Shown in pieces: positions 48,866 through 61,620 of a stretch of 64,000 nt of DNA. The notes under the pieces are model-generated. The model was not told the DNA's origin and made no database searches. It saw nothing but the letters and a program-made list of their open reading frames with translations. Source of the stretch: Vicugna vicugna (Eukaryota); assembly GCA_013265495.1 (NCBI GenBank), contig MU058059.1, forward strand, positions 4,193,502 to 4,257,501, given 5' to 3'. The number at the start of each line of letters is the position of its first letter. Within the stretch, counting starts at the first letter, position 1. Position numbers and translations under genes: made by a program.

Positions 48866-50134
48866 TTTTTTTAAAAGACTCCAAATTTGGAAGTCAGCCC
48901 TCCGTTTATGCTGAGATCAGTATGTCTAAACCAGCAGGGTGAACCAGTGAACTTGACGGCTCCACATCCCTTGAACGGTTACGTGTTAGGGGGTTCAAAC
49001 CGTTCAATCTGAAATAAATCGGACTGGCTCACAGGACTGTGTTACCAGAGAATAAACGTCATCTTCATTTCAGAAACAGGAGAAGCCGCTGCAAGGCCGG
49101 CCTCTATGCCCTGACGGCCACGTGCCTCCCACATGCTGGCCCCTGAGCCACCCGATAGCTTAGGAAGAGGAGGAGGGTACACGGGGGCAGCTCGGCCCCT
49201 CCGTGGGCTTCGTGTAAGCGGCGTGGCTTTTTAACAACAGAATTAGTGTACTGCCTGCCACAGTCTCCTCCTTTCAGGAACTCAGTGAAATGAGATTTCT
49301 CTCGCAGGCTTTCACTGGAGGCTTCAGAATATTCTGTATTATTCTTGGCAGCACCGTGCCTGGACTGATGTGTGCATTAGCACAGGGAGTGAGTTCAGCC
49401 ACCGACGGCGAGGCCCCACATCTTCCATCCTCAGCACACAGTGCTGCCCGACAGCTGACACGGCTGCAGACGGATGAAAGGTGCCTGCTTCGTGTTGATA
49501 AATTTCTCTGGACATCCTGCCTGCTTCTTCCTGGGAACACCCTCTTCTCTGACATACATGGAACCATCACGATTGCCTTCAAGCACTTCTGGTGCCAGAG
49601 AAGTAGACACACCTTTACGGCAGAAATGCAGCCCTCATCCCTGTCTGGAGTTCAAGCTCACGATCCCGCAGTAACCGGGAACAGCCTCTGGTCACAGCGT
49701 GAGATCCCCGCTCCCAGACGACATCCAAAACACCGACGAACTGGACTCACGCCTCAACGTGAGCTGCTCCCACCAGACCTGCTGCTGCTCGGGCTGGAGC
49801 TCAGACCCGGGGTCTTCGATTGTGCGTCCGGTCCTTTCCTCGTCACTCCAAATGCCGATTGCACCCGGAGTCCGTGTCCCTGAGGGCGGAGTGGGGCACC
49901 ACACCCTCCTGGCAGTGGGCAAACCGCAGGGACGCAGAGGGGACCCAGCCTCACCCCCTCCCGGCTGCCTCTGCCTTCTGCCCTCTCTCCCCACCCTTCT
50001 TTTCAGTACACACCACCTCCTCCTGCCTCGTAACACTGAGATCGTTGTAAAATCACCTGTGGGATGCTCTGTTTGGAGAATGATAATTCCAGGAACGTGG
50101 TTAAGCTTACAACAGGTGTTTTTTTGTTCTTGCT

Positions 50135-50462
50135 TTTCTTTTTTTTTTGTTTCGTTGACATACAGTCGGTTTACAACACTGTGTCCATTTCTGGTGCACA
50201 GCATAATAGCTCAGCCACACATATACATACACATATTCCATTTCATAGTCTTTTTCACTGCAGGTTACTACAGGATATTGAATGTAGTTCCCTGTGCTGT
50301 ACAGAAGAACCTTGTGAAACTTGTCAGTATCTGCAAAGCTCCAACTCCCAGTTTATCCCTTCCCACCCCCTTCCCACCCAGCATCACTTATATGTGGAAT
50401 CTAAAAGAGAGAGAGAGAGAGAGAAACGAACACATTTGCAAACCAGAAGCACACTCACAGAT
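50135..50462 (-). mobile_element. L1 3' end with an inverted 5' segment
   Basis: 50135-50378 is L1 3' UTR on the minus strand. 50383-50462 is the adjacent upstream L1 segment (atcacttatatgtggaatctaaaa..cactcacagat) in the opposite orientation. Confidence 0.82.
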
Positions 50463-51299
50463 GGCAGGGGTTCTCATAGCTCATGGCCGTGACCTGAGAG
50501 AGCATTTGATTTCTGGTCAATAAATGAAGGCGTCTCTGGTGTCCTCCGTTTCCAGGCACGGGTGATATTCCACTTTTCCTGACGCACTACTCTGCCCTGG
50601 ATTGAGTAGACGACCTACAGTGTGTCCGAACTTTCCCCGAAGTCCCCAAAAGTGAGGCTGTTTTGGTGTCCTAGTCTATCTCCAAAAAGTAGGTAGGACC
50701 CGTGAGTCATTGCGAGGTTAAGCTGGGTGGCTTGTACCACATTCTGTCACTCTGGGTCACCTCCACAAATGTCACTGCCAGGTCACTCGGTCAATTTTCA
50801 GCGGGGACAGGGAAGTGCACAGCCCTTCCCCTGTCCGCCTGTCCCCAGGACAGCTCAGACAGCAATGCTCTTCGCCAGACGTGCCCCCCATACCTACCCC
50901 CACCCCAGCCAGTCCCCAGATGCCTGTCCCAGGCCCCAGCCGCGTCAGAACACAGACTCTCTCGTGTTCATCACTCTATTTCCAGTTTCTGTTCCCATTT
51001 CTAAACATAGTAAGCATTTAGTAAATATTTACTGAGAGAGTAAATAAACCCCTGCCTCTCTCTGCCGGCCTGTAGTGCCCTCTGCACAACGGTGGGTCCC
51101 AAATGCCGAAGCATCCTTCAGCCTCACTCAAAGGTTTGTCTCCTCCCAGAGAAAGCCTTCATCACCCAATAGAATATAATCTTCTCTGAATAAAAAGGCA
51201 CCCCTGCCTAGCATAAGGGACTGGACCAGCAGGGGCTGCCACACCAGGAACTCGGCACAGCAGCCTCTGAGAATGACCGTCGTTCATGGGGTGAACACT

Positions 51300-51435
51300 G
51301 AAAGATGCTCACAAAACAGTAAAACCTAGGTTATATAATGGGAAAGAACGTGAAAACAAATACACGTATGTACACGCGTGACTGAAATGCGATGCTGCGC
51401 ACTAGCAATCGACCCAACATTGTAAACCAACTACA
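51300..51435 (+). mobile_element. Short L1 3'-UTR fragment
   Basis: tataatgggaaagaacgtgaaaacaaatacacgtatgtac..gactgaa..aacattgtaaaccaactac. Confidence 0.7.
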
Positions 51436-54339
51436 GTGAACACCTGCTATAAAACCGCCTGCAGTATGACAGCTCTGTGAGGCAGGCGTCTTTCATGTCC
51501 TCCACCTTTGGGAAACGAAGGCTCAGAAAGGACAGGTAACTCATCCCAGATCAAGGTGACGCCGGGATGTAGCCCCAGTCTCTCCACCTCCTGCTCTGCC
51601 AGCCCCCTGCTGCACAGACCTCCGTAAGAGTATGTCAGGCTGCTGGAGTCTGGGAGGAGGGACAACGGTGGCTTCTTATCTAATAATGCAATAATGTGTA
51701 TGTTTTGTATTTTACAATAAAATCCGATCTAAGAAAAAAGGATCTCTCCCATCACGTTTTGGCCCCATCGCCCTTGTGACTTGGCCCCATGTGACCACGT
51801 AGTATTGCCCCCTGTGAACATGTCACCTTCTTGATCAGACCGTAAGTCCCTTAAGAGCCGTGTCTTCGGGAACCCAGCAGGGTCCCTCCCATATCTCCAG
51901 CACAGGATGACAGTGCAGAATAAATATAGGGACGAAAGGCCTGGCTTCCACTGCCCTTAGAGATGGAGGGGGCCAAGAAAAGCTCTCGTATCTGACCCGT
52001 GGTATAAGCGTCCAGGGGCTTCCACCCAACAGGCCACTCGGCGACGGTCCATGCGGCCAACATCATGACACGGCTACAGCAGCACTCTCAGAGAGGGATG
52101 AGACGGGAGCGTCTGCTGGGCTAACAGCGGGTAATAATTTCCACTTGAGCGTCCAGCAAGGGGCAACGAACACCAGAGCTTCCTGAATCATGAACCTTCT
52201 CTGTCCCAGTGCAGTCACGCTCCAGGGAGCTTCTCTTGGAAGGAAAAAGTATGTGAAGTGAGACTCCAAGTCTTAACCATTGTTTGTTTCCTTACAAATG
52301 AATTCAATTCAAACTCTGCATCACCACAAGAGGCTCTACAGGCTTTGGTTGGCCTTCCAGGGGTGGAAGGACAGTTGTTAACCTTCTACACAACGAAGTT
52401 CGGGAAATATTTCCAGTGTCATTCACAAACACTGAACCTCACAGCCTGACTCCCACTTGGTGGCAACGAAGCAGAAATCAGATGTTAACTGCAGAGAGCC
52501 GCGCTGGGGAGGCCCACCAAGCCCCCGAGCAGCAGGCCCTCGCCTCTGCAGCAGGGAGGCAAGGGACGACCCGTGGGAAGCCTGAGAGGTCTCGCTTTTC
52601 AGTTCTTTGAGCTCAATCAACATAGCACTTGCTTTCTTCATCGCAGGCGTCATTCCTTAGCTACCAGCAAAGAAGGCCATGTCACGCAAGGTTCTAGCAG
52701 AGCCCGGGAGCCACGCAAACCAGGCAGATCAGTCTGGGCTCCGAGAAGGCACAAAGTTCAGCACGGAAGCCGTGGGCCTGGCCACACCCACCCAGAAGCC
52801 CAAGGGCAGAAGAGCGCACTGGGGCAGTGGGCAGGGCCGCCTCCCGGGGCCCGCAGGGGCGGCCGGTGATGGGGGAGCAGCAGAAAATATCCAGCACCCC
52901 GAGACCAGCAGGAGGAGGGACAGCCAGGGAACTGCCCAAAGTGCATTTCGTTCCTTTCTGTTTATTTATTAGTTGTCACAGGACCTGCTCTCCTGATGTC
53001 CTGTTTACCAGTCGATCACAGAAACTGTCAGTCCGCCTGTGTTCACGACGCACGCGTGTACCCCTGGTCAGTGGGCCTTGCGCCTGGCCACACACCACAG
53101 GACAGCTCCATCCACACCCACAGAGTCCAAACCTCCAGCAGGAGCACCTCGACAACTGCATTTTCCAAAAGCATTCCAGGCAACTTGGATGCGCAAAACG
53201 GCTGGTATCCGCCCCCAAAGCTCTCAGAGCTTCACTCATCGTAACTCATCTCGGCAACAGAATTCTCGACATGGGACGCTGCCTAGTAAGACTTAAACCT
53301 GACCTTGGGTTGAACTAGGAAAACACAGGGGTGGATCAGGCACCCCCAACAGAAAAGATACTCAAGTTCAAGAAACCGTCCACCCCCCCCCAGGAGATAA
53401 GACTGATGACTCTGTCCTGAGTCACCGACAGCCCCACGACCTCCCCAAGCGCCCTTCCATCCCGGGATGTGGGAAACAACGAGGAAAGGAGGTACAGTGA
53501 TCTGACGGCCTGAACTCTTGAAGTTTGTTTTGTAAGACGAGAATTTCAGGTTAAAGGGTGGGTGCGGGGGGTGGGGGAATCGTTCCTCATCCCAGGAGCA
53601 ATGCCCGGCGACCAGCATCTCGGACACCCCCGTGTGCTGGGGGCCTGCCAACCCCAGCTCAGTCCGTGACGGAGCTTTCTAACCCGCATGTGGTTCGCGG
53701 AGCTGACGGCAAAGAACGAGGCGGGTCGGAGGGCCCACTTCTCTCCTCAAAGAGTCCATCTGATCCAAATGCTGCGCTAAAGCCCTCACCGGGAGGACAC
53801 CCTCCTCTCTGCCCACAGGGCCTGGGGACGTAGGCAGTGCCTCTGAGTTGTTTCCAACCGCACCTTCCCGGGGACACTCCTCAGGCGCTGATGGAAGTCC
53901 AGACCACATGAGTCCTACCAAGAGAGCCTGGGACCTCACGCACTTTGGTCTCAGAGGGACCATTAAATCGTGACAGTGGATGTCAAAAGTCTGTCTCATC
54001 ACAGGGAAGAGGAGTGCACACACGAGTCCAGCTGGAAATTCTGAAACGGGCCTTGAAGGCCGGCCGGCTGGGCAGAGCCCCGCCGAGAGGAGAAGGTCCT
54101 GATGCCCAGATTCTGCCAGTCGCCTCCTGCCCGGCTCCGCTGCCAAGGTCGACTCCGCACCACGGGGCGTCTGTCCTGGCGCCGCGCTCCTGGGACAGAC
54201 TGCAGAAGCCCCCTCTGACCTCTCATGAGCTGGCTGCCGAGCTGGGCTGCAGATTAAATGACCAGGAAACAAAGAGGAGGGAGCGAGAAACACAGACTGT
54301 CCCGTTTGAAAAAAATGAAAAGCAGACATTACGTGGGGC

Positions 54340-55100
54340 TTTCAGCCTGGAGACGGAAGTGAACGCGGGACCCCCGCGTGCGGACGCGCCACGCCCACGC
54401 CCGCTGACGGCTTCGCAGCGCCCACGGGCGGGACCGACCCCGCGCAGGGAAGCCTGTCTCGGACCTGCAGGGGGCGCGGGGCGCGGCAGAGGGCAAGGGA
54501 AGTCAATCACTTCCAGGCACACTGCCCGACGGGCTTGAAGCATAAATACGCGGCAAAAATAGACGCACAGCCCTCTTATCTTCCATCAGTTTCACAACCG
54601 CGTCCCCGCTTCCTTTGCGAGTCCGCCCAAGGCCCCGTCCTCCTGAAAACGGCCCCCACGTTTGCACAGAAAGGGCACTCGGTAAGGCAGCCACACGCAC
54701 GGGGCGCTGGGGCCCACGGAACGCCCCCTCTCCGGCCCGCGTGACGGTGCACGAGGACGAGCCCCGCGCGCGCCCTGGAGAAAAGCGCGGGGCGGCGAGC
54801 TCGGAGCCCAGGCGTGAGTGAGGCGCGCCTCCGAGCCAAAACCCGGCCCGACGGCTCATCGGGAGGGGCCTTCCTGCCTCCGTGGCCTCGGCGCACACGG
54901 AGAGGACGGCTGCCACTCTCGCGGGTGGCCCGGGGGGCTGGCGAGGACCGGGCGTGCCCGGGGGGACTGGCCCGCCACGGGCACCACAGAGGTGTGCCCT
55001 CGTTCCCGGCTGCTGCGGTTGGCAGTCGCCTCCTCCCAGCCCTCGGGGGGTTCCCTGGGGTGAAGGTTTGTTCACTGTCCCTCCTCGGTGCTGCTCTCGG
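54340..55100. promoter_or_regulatory. Intronic CpG island in PIEZO2 intron 1
   Basis: About 750 bp of high GC with dense CpG (gcgcgg, cccgcgcgcgcc, ggggcgcggggcgcgg); no coding match recognised. Confidence 0.65.
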
Positions 55101-56658
55101 GACCGGGGTTCATAACAGGACGCTCATCCCCCAGGGCAGTCCCAGCTCAAGGGCCCAAAGCAGTGTCCCTGGTCAGAGCTGCTCTCAGGCCCAGACAATG
55201 CGCTCCGTCCACCTCCACGAGCCCCTAGAGCGGACACGCCCCCTGCCCGTGCAGGGAGGGGGGACCAGCGTGTTCCCATGTGCTGCTAGGGAACCCCAGC
55301 CCGGGTTCCAGTAAAGGGCCCTTTGGAGGGCGCAACAAGGTGCTCCTGGATGCAGCTCAAGTCCACGCAGGGAGCTGGCTCAACAGCCAGCTTCCAAAGG
55401 CTGCCTGGCACCCAGGCTGCAGACAGAGACCTGAGGATGGAGATTGCTGGAGTTCCCTACCCCTACTGTCGGGGGTCCCTGCCCTTCTGGTCCAAGATCA
55501 GAACCACGTCATTCCAAGTCCTTGTGACAAAAGCAAAGACCTGGAACTAAGAAAAAGAAATGGTTTAAAATACTAAGAAAAGTCTGTATTTTGGAATAAC
55601 TTCCTCCATCTGAAACCACGCTGATGATAAAGTTTTACCAAGAGACTGTTAAATAATCACAGCAAATTACAAAGATGTGCAGCATCTGATTCAATTGTAT
55701 TAAGATACCAGTGTGATGGGATATCTGAACAGTCAGCTGATAAAAGCGAGGGTGACAGGACGTCAGGAAGCAGCAGCCGCGGCCGTCGCCCAGTAATGCA
55801 GCTGCGATCGATCTGTCTTCTGTGTTTACGGATTTCAGTCTGTTTTCATGTTTTCTGGCATCAATATAGGTTATTTCTGTAACCAGGATAAGAAGTCCTG
55901 AAAGTTGTCTTTAAGTCCCAGAAAAAAAATCAAGACATGTTTTTTTTTCACAGCCAAGACCAGACTGAACTGGGCAGTCGAGGTTCAGCCGGGAATCTTG
56001 AGGGAAAATGAACAAAAGGGATTTTGTAAAACTAGGAAAGAGGTTCACAGATGAACTCAGCCTCCGCCCGGCAGTAACTGAGCCCACGTCATTAACGTCA
56101 GAACTGAGAAAGTCACGGTGCGTGGGGCCCCCCGGAACCCACCGTTCCAGCCTCCCGAATCCCCGCACACACGTCCTTTCAAAGGCGCAGACGCCACACT
56201 TTCTCTCGCCTTCCCCTTTCAAAATGTCCTCAGAAAAACCGGTTTAATATGGGTGCACGGTGTTCTCTAAAACCACAGCGTCCTCGCCAACCCTAGGACA
56301 CGCCCAGGGGCTTTCGATACGGAAACGCCGCTGATCAGGGCCACCTGGTGTCTGGAAGGTGTTCGAACCAGAGATGATTTCTGGACACATGCTAACTTCG
56401 GCAGCCTTGCTTCCCAGTGATACACGGGGAAAAAAATCACCTAGAGCAGACTGTTGAGAGCCTAGAGGAAAACAGTGTCTCCTCTCTCCGGTCTCTAAGG
56501 GCACCTGCTATTTCCAGAAGCCCCGTGTGGCCTGCCCAGCACAGGACTGCTGTTCGGGGCAACAGCCCAGCCCCACGTCTCCAGCTGGTCCCCAGCCAAC
56601 ACCCTTCGGGACAAACACCGTGGATGGGGAGCAAAGACCCTGCGACAGCTCTCAAATC

Positions 56659-57145
56659 AGTGACTGGATAAAGACGATGTGGTACATTTATACAATGGAA
56701 TACGACTCAGCCATAAAAACCGACAACATAACGCCATTTGCAGCAACATGGATGCTCCTGAAGAATGTCATTCTAAGTGAAGTAAGCCAGAAAGAGAAAG
56801 AAAACTACCATATGAGATCACTCATTTGTGGAATCTAAAAAAAAACAAAGCATAAATACAAAACAGAAACAGACTCATAGACACAGAATACAAACTTGTG
56901 GTTGCCAAGGGGGCAGGGGGTGGAAAGGCATAGACTGGGATTTCAAAATTGTAGAATAGATAAACAAGATTACACTGTGTAGCACAGGGAAATATACACA
57001 AGATCTTGTGGTAGCTCACAGAGAAAGGAATGTGACAATGAATATATTTATGTTCATGTATAACTGAAAAGTTGTGCTCTACACTGGAATTTAATACAAC
57101 ATTGTAAAATGATTATGAATCAATAAAAAATGTTTAAAAAAGAAA
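56659..57145 (+). mobile_element. Young 5'-truncated L1 3' end
   Basis: ORF 56527-56838 ends DWIKTMWYIYTMEYDSAIK..PFAATWMLLKNVILSEVSQKEKENYHMRSLICGI*, followed by the UTR, aataaa and an A tail. Confidence 0.94.
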
Positions 57146-57169
57146 ACAATAACCGACCATGGTTTCATC

Positions 57170-57370
57170 TTTTTTTTAAACACCTTTATTGTGGTATAAC
57201 TTCTGTACAGTAACCCACACATACTTCAGCGTTCACAGCTGCATGGATTTGGGAGATGGAGCACCTCTGAAACCACCAGCACCATCAGAGCACCTAACAA
57301 TCCATCGCTCCCCACGAGGTGCACGCTTCGAACTGCCAACCTGCCCCTCCTCACCCCCTTTACGTTCTCC
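57170..57370 (-). mobile_element. Old L1M 3' end
   Basis: ctttattgtggtataacttctgtacagtaacccacacatacttcagcgttcacagc..gaaaccaccagcaccatcag. Confidence 0.6.
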
Positions 57371-57854
57371 TTTTTGAGACATGTGAGCTCAGCAGGAAGA
57401 AAGCAGGCTTGTTCTGATCATGCTGTCAGACGGCGGGAGTCAAGTCCGGGTCCCAGACACTCTCGCCCACAAAACTCTCCTTCTGCAGACTCCGGGGAGA
57501 CGCCCCCAGCTGAATCTCCCTTTGCTCATCAAATCCATTCGCTCAGCATCTTAAACTACCTCAGAAGAGACTTTAAAAGCTTTACATCTTTAGCATAAGT
57601 GGGCCAAATAAAAGGTTTCTCTGACTGTAAGTACCATGCAGGTAAAAAATAGATCTTTTTTGTTCAAATCCATACCCTCAGCACCTGGCAGAGGCCAGCG
57701 CCTCGTAAACACTCAATAAACGGGTATTACGTGTCGGGACGTTAAGTGTGCAGCAGTGGAAGCCGAGCAAATGGAATGGCTCCAGATTGATGACTTTTCC
57801 GCTATTTTCCAGCTGCCTCAGTGGACAAAGCGATTTCATTCTCTTAAGGATCTA

Positions 57855-58040
57855 GCAGCAGAAACAGGGAACTACATTCAACCTCTTGTAGCAGCAAATA
57901 CTGGGAAAGAATCTGAAAAGAAGAATGCCTCTGTGCGTGTAACGGAATCACTTTGCTGTCCATCTGCAACTAACACTGTAAATCAACTACATTCCAGCAC
58001 AAAATTTAAAAACAAAAACAAAAACAAAAGCAAAAACAAA
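57855..58040 (+). mobile_element. Short L1 3'-UTR fragment with (AAAAAC)n tail
   Basis: acagggaactacattcaacctcttgtag..ggaaaagaatctgaaaa..aatcactttgctgt..acactgtaaatcaactac, then aaaaac repeats. Confidence 0.75.
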
Positions 58041-60749
58041 AACCTGCTGGCAAAATACAAGGCCCAACAGTGGCAGGAGCCAGGAGGTAACAGCCCATGC
58101 CAGCGTCTCCCCAAAATCGACTCACTTCTGCCGCTGGCTCCGACCCCCCGCCATGGGCCCCTCAATCCTTCCCACTCAACTCCAGCTGCATTTTTGCTTC
58201 CCTTAATAAAACGAAGACGACCCTCCTCAACTTTTCTGTACAAATTCTAAACAGGAAAGAAAAGCTGGACCCGGATGAAGAGCAGATTATTCTATATAAA
58301 TTATAAAATATCTTTAAACATTGCCTGGGATCAGTGTCCAGTTCTCATAAAAGCGTCTCTTCTTTGTAAACATTAGTCTGCAAATTTAGAAGCACTTAAC
58401 AAGACGTCAAGGGAAGCACCACGGGGATGGTTCAGCGGGAAGCCATCTCAGGAGCCCCGTCGGCTCTTCCCAGGAATGGGAGACCCGCCCACGGGACCGG
58501 GTCCCAGGCCTCGTACTCGGGGCTGGACGGAGGGGGCATGCTCTGGTCCCCGCCCACTGCCCACGCTCGGACCTCCACGGAGTGGCTTCCAGTTCCTGCC
58601 AAGGGATGCTGTTGTGCTGCGGATGAGGGAGAGATGCAGCATCTCTCTGGGCCACAGTGAGACGACTCTGCGGCAGAGACCCACAGACAGGAAGCCTCAC
58701 TCCACTTCCCCGTGGGCTCACAAACGAGAGCCTGAACCTAGTCAGCCCTGGAGGTCTGGACACCAGCCCCATCCCTTCCCTCCTGGGCCCAGCGAGAAAG
58801 GAGTTCTGTCCCTTCCTTGCCAGACAGGGACACAAGCTACTCACAGAGAAAGCGCCCTGGCTCTGTGCTTTGGAATCACTGGTGTATGAACTACGTGGCT
58901 TTCATCTCAAAAGCGAGGACACTGAAGTCCAGTGAGACCAAGTCACGTGCCCGTGGTCAGCACTGAGCTAGACACAGGGACCCGAGTCCAACCAGCTCAG
59001 CCCCCACGCGGCCCCCCATCTTTAAACTCATTCAAAACGTGGTCGAGGATATTTCTGCACCATACGGAAAACATAACAAAGTCACATAGCCCGAGGGAAC
59101 AGCGTTTTATTCATACTGAGCGAGAATGAAACGGGAGTGGGAAAGAGACAGACATGTCCTGTGCTGTGCTTAATAAAACAGCAAGTAACCTCGAGGTGAC
59201 CCCCTTTCACGGGACCCCTGACTCCAAGGCAGGACGTCGACCAGTGCCGAAGGTTTGGTCTGAGCAGCCCTGAAATCCCCCGCAGCAGACGTGGGCAGAG
59301 GCAGGAATGAATCGGCCCCCTTTTCCTTTCGCTGGTCCCTCAGCTTCCAAAAATAATACTCTGCTCCAGCTGTTCTGTGAGGCCTTCAGTTTATTTGTCC
59401 TCAGTTGAAGTAAGAGACTCGAAATGAAACTCAGATGCCTTGAGGAGAAAAGTCAAGCTTTCCAAAGTCAGCCCTGAAAAGGCCTTTCTTGTTTCCGAGC
59501 TGAACGGAAGCGCGTGGGGAGGGAGAGCTTCGCCCGAGTCCAGAGATGCAGGGCCAGGCCAGAAAAAGTGGTCCTGAAACGGTCTGCATCCTGCAAGCCA
59601 GCAAGCCAGCTCCGCCCCGTTTTAACCCCCAAGGCAGCCGGGCAGCGGTGGGTCTTGTAAGAGGCACTAGGCGCACGTGGTGTGAGGGATGCCTCCACAG
59701 AGAGGGACCACGTCCACCCAGCCCGAGGCTCCAGGACCCACCTTCCACGTCCTGCTACCAAAGCCCGTTTCACTGGCCTCTCTGAATTCGCTGAGTTTTT
59801 AAGCGGAGCCCTGTCCAGGGGGTGGAGGCGGCCACAGCAAGAAGACAGGGACCTGGCTGCTGAGCTCCAGCCTGGCTTCTGCCGCCAGAGACACACACCT
59901 CGCTGCCCCCAGGCTTCTGCCTCCCTGTCAACAAAAGGAAGAGCTATGGGACGCCAGCTCCGTGGGCCAGCGTGGGTTTCCCAGGGGAGCAGGAAGGGGG
60001 CCACCTTTAAAACGTCACTTCTCAAACTGACGCCTCTTTCCTGTCCCCTCCCTGCACCTCCTGTCACTCAAGTCAAGTGTGTCCGAAACTGGGGAAGAGA
60101 GGACGTCAGGAGAGAAGCCGGGACAGTGTGTCACCCACCAGCTCAGGGAGAACCATCTGACACAGGAAACCGGCTCTGCCCCCTCCCGCCAGGCCCCACC
60201 TGGGAGATCTTCACTCACTTCATCTAAGAAAGATTCAACATCTAAAATCAACCAGGGTTCCCTCCAGGACACTGTGAGACAGAAACAGCGGATGAGTGAG
60301 GGCTGCGTCCAGGGCCGGACACGAGACACGGTGGCCCTTCCTTGGAAACGGCTCCTGCATCACTTTCCGCAAACAGGTGTCAGCAAAGGAACTACGTCTT
60401 GCGAGCCACGCCCTGCCCTGTGGCCGGGCCTGCTTCCACACTGGGAAGCGACTGGGAAGCAGCCCAGAGAAGATGTCAGCAAACGTGGAAAGGACACGAA
60501 AGCCACGTCTTTCCACGTCCAGAAACACACTTCGGGCAGCACAGCCGCTTTCATCCTGTTCACTGTCGTCTACACTGCTTCTCTGCTGTGAGTGTGGAAC
60601 GGGGTGGGGGCAGCAGAGCCTGGGAGCTGAGCCGAGCCTGGCCCAGCCCTCCCTGAAAAGGTGCAGGGGGGTCGGGTCCGAACTTGGTGTAGAGCGAGCC
60701 CCGAGCCAGGAGGCCTCCGACAGCAACACACAGGCCAGGCCAGGCACCT

Positions 60750-61620
60750 TTTTCTCTTCTGTTTCTTTATTTTCCAATTTTCTAATTTCTTCTTACAAAG
60801 GTATAAATGCTTATAAAATTTCCCAACATTACAAAGTCCATAAAATAAAAAGGAAGTTCCCCACCCTCTACTTTGAATTCCCTTCCTCGCAAGAACTCAC
60901 TGTTAACGTTTAGTGTGTTTTCTTCCAACCCGTTTCTTTTTCACAAAAGTAAGAAAGTTACACTGACAATAATCTTTAACCTGCCTTTGTAAGTATTTAT
61001 CACATCAGTACATGCGTGTGCACCATGCTCCTTTCTTAAAAGACTGCATGGTTTCCTCATGCATCGTGATTCATGTAACCAATCCCCGCCCACTGGACTG
61101 TGTGCGGGACTCGGTTCTGCCTTCAACCATCTGACACACGTTTCTGCTCATCTGAGCCAGTATTTCTGCAGGTTAGCATCCTTTTGGAAGAGAAAATGGG
61201 CATATTTTAAATTTCAGTAGTTAATACCATACACTCTGCCACAAAAGTTGAAAAACATAAACTCCATTTTGCCATTCCCTCTCCCGATGCACCGCCAGCA
61301 ACTCCACATCAGTCTATGTCACCATTTATATTTTGACAGGTGAGATGGGGGATGGGGCTATGCTTTTAATTTACATTTTTATTATCAGCGAGTTTGATGT
61401 TACTTTCGTAGGACTGACTGGTAACTTGTACTCCTTCTTTCATGAGTTGCTGATAAATATCATTTTCCGTTTTTCTTGCAGCCTCTCTTTCATCGCAGCC
61501 ACATCCTTCTGTCCTCTCACATTCCGTGGAGAGCAGAACTTTGCTAGCTACAGGCATGACAGGTGTTCTCTCATAATATCATCTGCCTTTATACCTTGTT
61601 TATGAAGTCTTTCATCATAA
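60750..61620 (-). mobile_element. Ancient decayed L1 (L1MC/ME-like) 3' region
   Basis: T-rich sequence with reverse L1-like motifs (taaccaatcccc, gtatttctgcaggttag, ttttgacaggtgag..ttttaatttacattt). Confidence 0.5.

Noticed and set aside
54340..55100. PIEZO2 exon 1 or main promoter
   Set aside because: No MASEVVCGLIFRLLLP-like coding sequence was found; exon 1 probably lies beyond position 64000.
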